Shown one piece after another: positions 28,652 through 37,085 of a stretch of 64,000 bases of DNA (position 1 is the first letter of the stretch; each line of letters begins with the position of its first letter). Made by a program: the position numbers and the translations under genes. Location: contig PLME01000020.1 in the NCBI GenBank assembly GCA_003142375.1, forward strand, positions 42,765 through 106,764, read 5' to 3'. Origin of the DNA: Dehalococcoidia bacterium. GTDB lineage: Bacteria > Chloroflexota > Dehalococcoidia > GIF9 > UBA5629. Below the pieces are notes generated by a model, which had not been told where the DNA came from, did no database searches, and was given only the letters and a program-made list of their open reading frames with translations.

Positions 28652-30394
28652 TCAGGCGGCGGCCAGTTCCCTGGCGCCGCTTTTCCATTTCTCGGCGCTT
28701 TTAACCAGCGCCTCGGCCCCTTTCAGCATCACATTGCCATTGCGCTCCGAGCCCAGCATGGCAGCCAACTCCTTCAGCCTGTTCTGTCCTTCGATCATCT
28801 CCACCCTGGTTGAAGCGCGGCCTGAATCTATCTCCTTCATTAGCTTGAAATGGCTGTCGCCAAAGCAGGCTATTTGCGGCAGGTGGGTGATGCAGACCAC
28901 CTGGTGGAAGGCGGACAGCGAGGCCAGCTTTCTTCCCACGGACTCTGCGCCCCTGCCGCCCACTCCCATATCTATCTCGTCGAATATCAGCGTGGGTATG
29001 GGGTCAGCCATCTTTAGAGCGCTCTTAACGGCCAGCACGATGCGGCTGGTCTCGCCGCCGGAGGCGATGGCGGCCATTGCCCTCATCGGTTCACCCGGAT
29101 TGGTGGCCACCTGGAACTCGATCTTGTCTATACCGTCGGAAGTATAGGCAAAGCATTTTCCTCCGGCGACGGCCAGTCCCTCCACATCCTCCCTGCGGGA
29201 AAGCACTATATCGAATTTGGCCCAGGCCAGGTTAAGGTCACCCAGTTCCTCATTGACCAGCTTAACGAGCTTGCCGGCCGCGTTACGCCTTGCCAGCGAC
29301 AGTGCCTCAGCCTGCCTGCCCGCTTCCGTCTTCAACTCCCTGACCTCATTTTCCAACTTCGTTTTTCGCTCTTGCCTGTTTTGCAGGGACTCCAGTTCGG
29401 ACTGTGCTTTGTTGCGGAAATTGATAACGGCTTCCAGACTGGTGCCGTACTTGCGTTTCAATGTTTCGATAGTATCGTTTTGACGCTCGATCTCCTGCAG
29501 CCTTTCCTGGCTGTTCTCCATTTTCTCTGCATAAGACCTCAACTCTGCAGCAGCTTCCTCGATGCTCGCCAGTTCCGATTCCAGCCTCTCTCGATAGACG
29601 GAGAGATTGGCATCGACGGAGGATATGCCGCGCAGGCCTGTGAGCGTTTTATGAATCAAGACGGATGCTGACCTTTCATCACCGTAAAGGTTGGAATAGG
29701 CATCCAGGCATCCTTCGCAAATCGCTTCCGCCCTTCGCAATATATCCCTTTCATGGTGCAGTCCATCTTCGTCAACCTCCTCCAGCTTCGCCCGGTCGAT
29801 CTCCTCAACCTGGTATTGCAGAAGCTCCGCATAGCCTTCCTTATCGGCAGTATTCATAGCAGCCAGCTCCTTTTCCCGCGTTCTCAAATCACCCACGACA
29901 CGTTTAACACACACCCGCCTTTCCGGAAGGTCCCCGTAGGCATCCACCAGGGTCAACTGGTTGGCCGTGTCCAGCAATGAGAGGTACTCCATCTGGCCGT
30001 GAATATCCACCAGGTGCTTTCCCAACAAGCGCAGGACAGAGAGTGGTACCGCCCGGTTGTTAATCCTGGCAACACTTCTGCCGCTATCCTGAAAGTCCCT
30101 TGTAACTACGATCATGCCGTTGGCCTCGGCTTCGATGCCGCCCTCCTCAAGTATCATATTGACACAGGCAGAAGTGGCATCGGCCGGCCAGAAGATGGCC
30201 TCGATACGCGCCGAAGTCGCTCCGCTGCGTATCAATCCGGCCGGGGCGCGTGCCCCCATCAAAAGGCCCAGGGCATCCACCAGCAGAGATTTGCCGGTTC
30301 CCTCATCCCCACTGATCACATTAAGTCCGGGCACAAAGCTCAGCGCGATATCCTTAATGACGGCGAAATTCTTGATATGCAACTCTCCTAACAT
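28652..30394 (-). CDS. recN: DNA repair protein RecN
   Basis: The N-terminal MLGELHIKNFAVI...GDEGTGKS is followed by a long coiled coil. The C-terminal part has the signature ASGGETSRIVLA and Walker B LIFDEID. The ATG at 30394 has AGGAGG 5 nt upstream. Confidence 0.95.
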   Translation of the reverse strand: MLGELHIKNFAVIKDIALSFVPGLNVISGDEGTGKSLLVDALGLLMGARAPAGLIRSGATSARIEAIFWPADATSACVNMILEEGGIEAEANGMIVVTRDFQDSGRSVARINNRAVPLSVLRLLGKHLVDIHGQMEYLSLLDTANQLTLVDAYGDLPERRVCVKRVVGDLRTREKELAAMNTADKEGYAELLQYQVEEIDRAKLEEVDEDGLHHERDILRRAEAICEGCLDAYSNLYGDERSASVLIHKTLTGLRGISSVDANLSVYRERLESELASIEEAAAELRSYAEKMENSQERLQEIERQNDTIETLKRKYGTSLEAVINFRNKAQSELESLQNRQERKTKLENEVRELKTEAGRQAEALSLARRNAAGKLVKLVNEELGDLNLAWAKFDIVLSRREDVEGLAVAGGKCFAYTSDGIDKIEFQVATNPGEPMRAMAAIASGGETSRIVLAVKSALKMADPIPTLIFDEIDMGVGGRGAESVGRKLASLSAFHQVVCITHLPQIACFGDSHFKLMKEIDSGRASTRVEMIEGQNRLKELAAMLGSERNGNVMLKGAEALVKSAEKWKSGARELAAA

Positions 30395-30444
30395 CGGCGC
30401 CTCCTGTATCAAATCGTTCCTGTTTAATACAATTGTACTAATAT

Positions 30445-30472
30445 CTTATAGAACATCCGTGCTATTTGTCAA
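30445..30472 (-). promoter_or_regulatory. recN promoter (TTGACA-16-TATAAG) with embedded LexA/Cheo-type SOS box AGAACATCCGTGCT
   Basis: The minus strand reads TTGACAaatagcacggatgttcTATAAG. A GAAC-N4-GT(G)C palindrome at 30450-30463 lies between -35 and -10. Confidence 0.55.
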
Positions 30473-30629
30473 GAGGGAACTCTGATATTTCGGAAATCCT
30501 GCAGTTCAGATCGCAAAATATGCAGGCTGGTTATTCACATCGGCCTTCGGCTGACATATAATAAATAAGTTTGGCTAAGATAATGAATGTTGCAGCGCGG
30601 TATGAGGCAAGCTATTGAGGTAACAGATC

Positions 30630-31832
30630 ATGGCTCACGATGTTTTTATCAGCTACTCCAGCAAAGATAAGGCCGTGGCCGACGCCGTATGCACCAGCCT
30701 GGAAGCACGTAAAATCTGCTGCTGGATTGCTCCCAGGGACGTTCTTCCGGGAGAGGTGTATGCTGAAGCTCTTATCGAGAGCCTCAATCAAAGCCGCCTG
30801 ATGGTGCTGGTTTTTTCCGCCAGCTCCAATGAATCGCCCCAGGTTATCAGGGAGGTGGAGCGGGCTGTCAACAAGGGGATACCCATTATACCGCTGAGAA
30901 TCGAAGACGTGATCCCTTCCAAGTCGATGGAGTATTTCGTCAGTTCCTCCCACTGGCTGGACGCCATGACTCCTCCCCTGGAAAAGCATTTGCAAAGGCT
31001 GGGCGATACAGTCGAGCTATTTCTCAACAAAGGACATGAAGCCCTGCCCCCGACTGAGTTTCATCCGGCTGATGCTGCCGCTGCACCAAAGTCCTCGTCT
31101 TCTAAAAAGCTGCTGCCCCTTTACATCGTTGGTGGATGCGTGCTGCTGGCCATGGTAGTTGCAGGCACTTTGTTCTTCAGCGGACGCTTGGGCAACAGGC
31201 GAACAATATCTCCCGGCGAGCATATTCCCCCGGCCGTGGCGCAGCCTAATACGCCCAACCTTACCATGCCGGTTGCGCCGCCCAATAACCAGGCATTTCA
31301 AGATGACTTCAGCAGCCCCAGCAGCGGCTGGACCAGGGTATCGGACGACATCAAGGATAGTGATTATATAAACGGAGAATTCAGCCTGACGGTCAAGAAA
31401 TTCGACACCAAGATACCCATAGTCAACCGCAATGCCGGCCTGTTCAAGGATATGTCCCTGGAAACGGATGCCCGCCTGGTAAGCGGGCCCGGCCAGAGCC
31501 TGTACGGCCTGGTTTTCCGGCAGCAGGACCTGGATAACTATTACTGCTTCATGGTCTCCGGTGACGGCGGCTATATATTGCAGAAAAGGGTCAAAGGTGT
31601 ATTTACCACAATTGTTAAGAAGAACAACGCCACCATCATTAAAAAAGACACCTCGTACAACAGGCTGGAAGTGATATGCAAGGGAGATCAGATTGAGATG
31701 CTCTGCAATGGGAGCAGCCTTGCGATGGCCAAAGATAATTCATTCAGCGAAGGCTGGGTAGGACTTATAGTGAACTCGACAACTCCGCCTGCCACCGCCG
31801 TATTCGATAATTTCAAAGTAGCTGCGAACTAA
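30630..31832 (+). CDS. TIR domain - TM helix - concanavalin/DUF1080-like domain protein
   Basis: The N-terminal HDVFISYSSKDKAVADAV...CWIAPRD..., with a conserved Glu in SPQVIREVERA, indicates a TIR_2-type domain. A single TM (LLPLYIVGGCVLLAMVVAGTLFF) follows. The C-terminal part has FQDDFSS...GW...GEFSL...YGLVFR...YYCFMVS...GWVGL...FDNFKV, which is ConA-like/DUF1080-like. Confidence 0.75.
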   Translation: MAHDVFISYSSKDKAVADAVCTSLEARKICCWIAPRDVLPGEVYAEALIESLNQSRLMVLVFSASSNESPQVIREVERAVNKGIPIIPLRIEDVIPSKSMEYFVSSSHWLDAMTPPLEKHLQRLGDTVELFLNKGHEALPPTEFHPADAAAAPKSSSSKKLLPLYIVGGCVLLAMVVAGTLFFSGRLGNRRTISPGEHIPPAVAQPNTPNLTMPVAPPNNQAFQDDFSSPSSGWTRVSDDIKDSDYINGEFSLTVKKFDTKIPIVNRNAGLFKDMSLETDARLVSGPGQSLYGLVFRQQDLDNYYCFMVSGDGGYILQKRVKGVFTTIVKKNNATIIKKDTSYNRLEVICKGDQIEMLCNGSSLAMAKDNSFSEGWVGLIVNSTTPPATAVFDNFKVAAN

Positions 31833-33667
31833 GCATCGGGAGATTGCCCTTTGCGGTATACCTGGTAACCAGCCCTGGCCAGGAATTCAGGGATGGAGCG
31901 CACCGGGTCACGGTCCTTATCCTTCTCCTCCTGCGACAGCTCTTCCCAGGGAATGAGCGTCGGGCTAATCTTCCTGATATCATCTTTGACATCGCCGAGC
32001 CTCCAGCCCTTCCTGATCCGCTCATCCACAAAACGTGTATGCTCCATTTTGGCCATCTCTTCCACCTCGTCCTCGGGGAATTTCAGCGGTGGATGGTCCC
32101 AGTCCGCCGTCATAGCAAACTCATAACCGAAGCGATTGAGCTTCAGGGCGATATTTTCCGCCTGGTTCCTGTTCGACTCCTTAAGATTGGCCGATAAATC
32201 GTCCCACGGCACCACAGAGCGGTTAGTCTCCGGGGTTTCGCCCCTTCTTACAGCATTGCGCAGGTAGTCATCATGAATGGCGCGGGCCAGGATCTCATAC
32301 GTCGACCCGCCCCAGATCGCTTCCGGTGTGCAGGTCTTCTCCAGCAGGGGAAAGACATGAAGGTTCCCCATGCCCGCCTGGCCTTCGACGTTGATCGACA
32401 GCAAGGCGGCTAAACCCGTATCCAGATTCATCCTCACCACTATGGGGACTTTGAGTGCCCCGGTCCGTCTGGACAGCTTCAGGGCTGCATTCAACGCCAG
32501 CGACTCGTTGCCGGTGCAAACGTAAATTATGCTAGCCTCACATTGCCGGTCCTTTCCGAAAAGGAAATCGCCGCGTTCGAATTCGGGCGATGCTATATCC
32601 ATATCCAGCGTCAGCAATTCACAGGCTTTTTCCAACTGCGGATATCTAAGGCACAATGATTGCTTTTTATTTCCGGCCTGCGGGTCAACCATAGTAATAC
32701 TCAGTCGCTTACCGTCTGAAAAACCGCGGTTGCTCCACCTGCGGGCGGCATTTACCACCAGGCTCTCTCCCATGCGGCCTATTCCCACCATAAATACATG
32801 CGGAGCTGTTTCCATTTTGCCTGCCCCGTCATACGGGTATTCGTAAAGCAACTCTCTGGCGCCGCCCTCATAGATATTGAAGAAGCCCAGCCTGAAGGCG
32901 TCGATGATCCCCATGCGTATCTCACGCTCCCTGAGAAAGCTCCATAGCTGCAGGTCAACAATATGCGCCAGGCATGACAGCGTTCCCCCCTCCCCGTCTG
33001 AGACCAGCTCTCGGGCGTACAGGGCGACTTCGGCATTGGTGCTGTCGTTGCCGCAAACGGAGATTACGCTCTTAGCCTTGTGTACCCTGGCCTTGCGCAG
33101 AAGTTGAGGGTCAGCGGCGTTACCCGTCAGTACGACTGCGCCCCGGTCTTTGCAGTGTCCCGCCAGCGGGTTTTCCTCGTTGCTGTCTATGATTACCACA
33201 CGCTCCCCTCCGGTCCTGTAGCGGTCGGCAATCAGCAGGCCCTTTTGTCCCAGGCCGCAGATGATAATGTGGTCTTTCATGGTCCTGAGACGCAGCAACT
33301 GCACCTGGTCGCGGAAGATGCTGAGCAGGGCCTCGGCAGCGATATAAAGTCCGGCGGCGGCGGCCAGTATCCTGGCTATCTGCAACTCGGCATTGACGGT
33401 ACCCGGCAGCGGCGTGGACGCCGGATTTAGCATGCGCAGGGTATAGAATATATTGTCCCAGAATGAGGTTGGCTGGCCCGCAGCCTCGAAATATTTGGCG
33501 TTCCCGAAATAGCCCAGCAGCATGGCGATGGCCAGCATCAGGGCAGCCAGCGGCAAACGGTAATCAACGATCCATTGGGTAATCTTCTCGATCAAAGGTG
33601 GTTTGGCCCTGGCGGCCGGTTTCAACCCCGTCCACCCTTTTCCCGGTTTGCCCTTGTCCGTTTCCAT
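31829..33667 (-). CDS. Membrane protein with two TrkA-N-like Rossmann domains and C-terminal RyR-like repeats
   Basis: Has N-terminal TM helices without a K+ selectivity filter and GxGxxG motifs (ICGLGQKG, MVGIGRMG). The C-terminal AIHDDYL...VPWDDL...ESNRNQA and EHTRFVDERIRKGW..IPWEELSQEEKDKDRD resemble bacterial RyR domains. Confidence 0.55.
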   Translation of the reverse strand: METDKGKPGKGWTGLKPAARAKPPLIEKITQWIVDYRLPLAALMLAIAMLLGYFGNAKYFEAAGQPTSFWDNIFYTLRMLNPASTPLPGTVNAELQIARILAAAAGLYIAAEALLSIFRDQVQLLRLRTMKDHIIICGLGQKGLLIADRYRTGGERVVIIDSNEENPLAGHCKDRGAVVLTGNAADPQLLRKARVHKAKSVISVCGNDSTNAEVALYARELVSDGEGGTLSCLAHIVDLQLWSFLREREIRMGIIDAFRLGFFNIYEGGARELLYEYPYDGAGKMETAPHVFMVGIGRMGESLVVNAARRWSNRGFSDGKRLSITMVDPQAGNKKQSLCLRYPQLEKACELLTLDMDIASPEFERGDFLFGKDRQCEASIIYVCTGNESLALNAALKLSRRTGALKVPIVVRMNLDTGLAALLSINVEGQAGMGNLHVFPLLEKTCTPEAIWGGSTYEILARAIHDDYLRNAVRRGETPETNRSVVPWDDLSANLKESNRNQAENIALKLNRFGYEFAMTADWDHPPLKFPEDEVEEMAKMEHTRFVDERIRKGWRLGDVKDDIRKISPTLIPWEELSQEEKDKDRDPVRSIPEFLARAGYQVYRKGQSPDA

Positions 33668-33886
33668 GTTTCAGGTCCACCTCATATTATTTCAACATAG
33701 CCCCCCGCCCGTAAAACAGGACGGGAAAGTATTAAGGTCCGGCCTATGCTGATTGTATCACTTATCCAGCCGGTTTTGATAGGGACTGAGGTGCTTCTCA
33801 CACGATCGGAAAAGAGTATAATATTTTTACTGCAGCCATAAACTTTGAGCACGGATTGAGCGTTAACAATATAAAAGGAGGTACCG

Positions 33887-34027
33887 ATGCAAGCATATTG
33901 CGTAAAATGCCGCAAAAAGCGAGAGATGAACAATCCCAGGGCCATCAAAATGAAGAATGGCAAACCTGCCACGCAGGGGGTATGCCCGTCCTGCGGAACC
34001 AAAATGTTCCGTATCGGTAAGGGTTAG
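33887..34027 (+). CDS. 46-aa zinc-ribbon protein (DUF5679-like), below the ORF-track cutoff
   Basis: Hand translation gives MQAYCVKCRKKREMNNPRAIKMKNGKPATQGVCPSCGTKMFRIGKG. AAGGAGG lies 5 nt upstream and a terminator follows. It is a paralog of 6149..6289. Confidence 0.85.
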   Translation: MQAYCVKCRKKREMNNPRAIKMKNGKPATQGVCPSCGTKMFRIGKG

Positions 34028-34049
34028 CACTCCAGGGGTATTCTGCCTG

Positions 34050-34080
34050 AAAAGCCGGGCTGCAGACGCCCGGCTTTTTC
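34050..34080. terminator. Bidirectional intrinsic terminator
   Basis: Hairpin agccgggc-tgcagac-gcccggct flanked by an A-run and a T-run, between convergent genes. Confidence 0.8.
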
Positions 34081-34099
34081 TTTGTATAAAACCGAAACG

Positions 34100-34870
34100 T
34101 CAATCCGAGGTCGCTAATTTAGTAAGTATTTTTTCTCTGACCGATTGCGGCAGTGCTTTGCCAACCATCGTTATATTCCTCAACAAGGGAGGAAACAGGT
34201 ATTCCCTGATCTCGTTTTTCAGACCTTTTAAGATGTGTCCGGCGGCCTCGTCCATAGTCATAGTAAGCGATCTGGGGATGCCGCGCTGCTTGTTCCTCTC
34301 GGTAACTACGAAGCCGGGACACAGCGTCAGCACCCTTATGTTATACGGCTTCAGCTCGATCCTGGCCGTATCCAGAAAAATGCGGCAGGCGGCCTTGGCA
34401 GCCGAATATTGTCCCTGCGTGGGCATGCCCTGGAAGCCCGCCAGCGAGTTGGTATTGGCTATAATTCCACCATCGGCCTGTGTCCGCATCTGGCGTACCA
34501 GCGGGCAGAAGAAATTGATCATGGAATCGTAGTTTATGCGCATGTTTTGCTTGATATCCAGCGGCATAGCATTGGCAGTGTTGAGGGAAGGCCCGGCACC
34601 GATATTAAGCAGGGCGATATCTATGCGGCCGAAGCGGTCGACCGCCTGCTGGACTACGCCGGCCGCCTGCTCCTCATCCAGTGCATCCCCGGCGATGGAC
34701 AGCGCCTCACTGCCGTTCTTCTGAATATTATCTGCTACATCCGCCAAAAGCTCTTTGCGGCGGGCGGTTATTACGATTCTGTTATGCTTGTGGCTGAGGG
34801 CCAGTGCCACCGCTTTGCCGATTCCCGATGAAGACCCGGTGATCAAGATTACTTTATCTTTCAACTCCAT
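34100..34870 (-). CDS. SDR family oxidoreductase
   Basis: Has TGSSSGIG (TGxxxGIG), NIGAG and YSAAKAA (YxxxK). Confidence 0.9.
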   Translation of the reverse strand: MELKDKVILITGSSSGIGKAVALALSHKHNRIVITARRKELLADVADNIQKNGSEALSIAGDALDEEQAAGVVQQAVDRFGRIDIALLNIGAGPSLNTANAMPLDIKQNMRINYDSMINFFCPLVRQMRTQADGGIIANTNSLAGFQGMPTQGQYSAAKAACRIFLDTARIELKPYNIRVLTLCPGFVVTERNKQRGIPRSLTMTMDEAAGHILKGLKNEIREYLFPPLLRNITMVGKALPQSVREKILTKLATSD

Positions 34871-34903
34871 GACGACCCCTCCTTAGTAGGACTTTATTAA
34901 CAC

Positions 34904-35012
34904 TGTCATTGCGAGGAGTCCCGATGATATCGGGACGACGTGGCAATCTCATTGGACAATATCTAGCAACTGCCTTCGTACAAAGGATTGCTTCGCTTCG
35001 CTCGCAATGACG
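34904..35012. repeat. Nested inverted-repeat element (two inverted copies of a GTCATTGCGAG...GCAATC unit)
   Basis: gtcattgcgag (34905-15) pairs with ctcgcaatgac (35001-11). gcaatc (34943-48) pairs with gattgc (34987-92). An internal hairpin gtcccgat-gat-atcgggac lies at 34918-36. The element sits in an intergenic region between divergent genes. Confidence 0.6.
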
Positions 35013-35145
35013 TATTCAATAAAGCTATATTTGCAGTCCATTATACTATTAATCATTAGCAGAGCTTGTAGGCCAAAGCCTGTTATAATAAATGCGGTTC
35101 CCGCCGCAAAATTCACTACTATCTTTGCTTAACGGAGGCTAAACT

Positions 35146-36198
35146 ATGAAAGTCCTGGCTTTGAATTCCAGCCCAAGGGTGAAAGGGCAGAGCAAGACCG
35201 AGCTGATGCTCTCCCACCTGGTCAAAGGCATGAAAGAGGCGGGGGCCGACGTAGAGACGGTCGACCTGCGCACGAAGAAGATCAATTACTGCAAGGGTTG
35301 CTATACCTGCTGGACCAAGACACCCGGCGTATGCGTGCATAAAGACGATATGGCGCTGGAGCTTTACCCCAAATGGTTGGAATCGGACATTGTGATATAT
35401 GCCTCTCCGCTTTACTATTACACCTTGAACGCCGAGATGAAGGCCTTCATCGAGCGCACCCTGCCCATACTTATACCTTATTTAAAGCGCGGCAAAGACA
35501 GGACAGGCCACCCGCTGCGCAGTAAATTCCCCCAATCCGTGGTGGTGTCGGTAGCCGGCTTCCCCGACGATTCGGTCTTCGATGCGCTCAGGTTCTGGAG
35601 CAAAACCGTCTTCGGCCATGGGGGAGGCCTGCTTGCCGAGATCTACCGTCCGGCCGCCGAATCCATGGTCTATTCCGGCAAAAGGGATATCATCCTCGAA
35701 GCCGTTGAGCAGGCCGGGAAGGAGCTGATTCAGCATAAGAAGGTTTCTCCCGCCACTATGGCGGTTATCACACAGCCTATTGCCGAGCCGGACGTGATTG
35801 CCGATATCGCCAATATCGCCTGGCAGCCCATGATAGACGGCGGCATGACCCCTGCCGAGATGGAGAAGAAAGGCGGGTTGGCGTACAGGCCGGACTCGCA
35901 CCAGACCCTGTTAGCCATGATGGCCTTCGCCTTCAACCCGCGCAAGGCCGCCGGCAAGAAAGGGGTACTGCAGTTTAAATTCACGGGCAAGCAGGCAGGC
36001 GACTGCTATCTCACTATCAACGATGGACTTTGCACCCGTCATCTTGGCCTTGCCGAAAAGGCCGACTGCACGGTGGAAGGCCCTTTCGAAGTATGGGCCG
36101 ATATCGTCCAGGGCAAGGCTGACGGCGGCAAGATGGCCATGGAGAGCAAGTACAAAGCCCAGGGCGATATCTCACTGCTGATGGTCTTCGGACAGTAG
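35146..36198 (+). CDS. Flavodoxin-fold NAD(P)H-dependent FMN reductase / iron-sulfur flavoprotein domain fused to an SCP2 sterol-carrier-like domain
   Basis: The N-terminal MKVLALNSSPR...CKGCYTCW pattern matches the Isf/NADPH-FMN reductase family. The C-terminal LQFKFTG....CYLTI.....ADC.V......W..I..G..DG..A......K..GD is SCP2-like. Confidence 0.7.
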   Translation: MKVLALNSSPRVKGQSKTELMLSHLVKGMKEAGADVETVDLRTKKINYCKGCYTCWTKTPGVCVHKDDMALELYPKWLESDIVIYASPLYYYTLNAEMKAFIERTLPILIPYLKRGKDRTGHPLRSKFPQSVVVSVAGFPDDSVFDALRFWSKTVFGHGGGLLAEIYRPAAESMVYSGKRDIILEAVEQAGKELIQHKKVSPATMAVITQPIAEPDVIADIANIAWQPMIDGGMTPAEMEKKGGLAYRPDSHQTLLAMMAFAFNPRKAAGKKGVLQFKFTGKQAGDCYLTINDGLCTRHLGLAEKADCTVEGPFEVWADIVQGKADGGKMAMESKYKAQGDISLLMVFGQ

Positions 36199-36237
36199 TT
36201 ACCCGGTTGCTGATCGTTTTTGTGAGGTAATAAGAGG

Positions 36238-36615
36238 ATGGAGAAAAAGACACACGAGGTGCAATTCCTATCCAGGAAAGGCCCTTACTCGCATGCAGTT
36301 GAGGCCGGCAGCCTGATTTTCCTTTCCGGCATAGTGCCGGTGGATATAGAGAAAAACATTCAGATCACGGACGATATCAGCTGGGCGACCGAGCTCTGTC
36401 TTAACAATATCAAGCGGCTGCTCGAACATATCGGCAGCGACATGAGCAAGGTGGTCAAGGTCACAGTCTACTTGAAAGACATGGCCTCCTTCGAAGACAT
36501 GAATAAGGTCTACAAGACCTTCTTCCCGCACAGTCCTCCCGCCCGCACCTGCGTGGCCGTCAAAGACCTGCCGGGCGGCTTCCCTATTGAGATAGAAGTG
36601 GTGGCGTTGAAATGA
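36238..36615 (+). CDS. ridA: RidA/YjgF family reactive-intermediate deaminase
   Basis: 125 aa with PYSHAV..G.LIFLSG, PAR.CV.V..LP....IEIE. Confidence 0.85.
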   Translation: MEKKTHEVQFLSRKGPYSHAVEAGSLIFLSGIVPVDIEKNIQITDDISWATELCLNNIKRLLEHIGSDMSKVVKVTVYLKDMASFEDMNKVYKTFFPHSPPARTCVAVKDLPGGFPIEIEVVALK

Positions 36616-37043
36616 ACCAGGCCTTGCATAAATTCAAAATCAGCTCCGTTGACCAGGTCAGCTACGCCGTCAAAGACATCGATAGCGCCATGGAAAAATG
36701 GTCGGAGCTTTACGGCATCGGGCCGTGGACCCTGCGTGAGAACGGCGGGACGGATGCCAAAGGACGGCCCTGGAAGATCAGGATGGCCTTTGCATACGTC
36801 GGGCCGCTGGAGATCGAGCTTGTGCAGTGCCTGGAGGGCCGCATATTCCAGTCACGCTTCCTGGACACCTGGGGCGAGGGCCTGCACCATATCGGCTTCA
36901 AGGTGGATGACGTGGACGCGGAGGTCAGGAACCTCACGTCTCAGGGAGCAAGGCTCATTATCCATGATCCGGGCCGCTTCGCCTACCTCGATGGGGGCGG
37001 GGCCGGCGGCGCCATCTTCGAATTGATTCAGAAAGCTCATTAG
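36612..37043 (+). CDS. VOC (glyoxalase/bleomycin resistance/dioxygenase) family protein
   Basis: Has the beta-alpha-beta-beta-beta module pattern (VDQVSYAV.D...........G.GLHHIGFKVDD) and is translationally coupled to ridA. Confidence 0.75.
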   Translation: MNQALHKFKISSVDQVSYAVKDIDSAMEKWSELYGIGPWTLRENGGTDAKGRPWKIRMAFAYVGPLEIELVQCLEGRIFQSRFLDTWGEGLHHIGFKVDDVDAEVRNLTSQGARLIIHDPGRFAYLDGGGAGGAIFELIQKAH

Positions 37044-37085
37044 CCGAGGCCTGGAATTGGCGCAGCATAAAGTTGGTGGACCCGT

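Noticed and set aside
33957-34532. 191-aa plus-strand ORF and the overlapping 106-aa minus-strand ORF (33682..34002)
   Set aside because: They overlap the well-signalled 46-aa zinc-ribbon gene, the terminator and the SDR gene. They are low-complexity and have no RBS.
34235-34831. 198-aa plus-strand ORF
   Set aside because: It is antisense to the SDR gene (TGxxxGIG, YxxxK on the minus strand) and has an Arg/Gly-rich composition.
36649-37026. 125-aa alternative-frame ORF on the same strand as the VOC gene
   Set aside because: It is Arg/Ala/Ser/Trp-rich out-of-frame read-through of a GC-rich gene. The VOC frame has the family pattern and is coupled to ridA.
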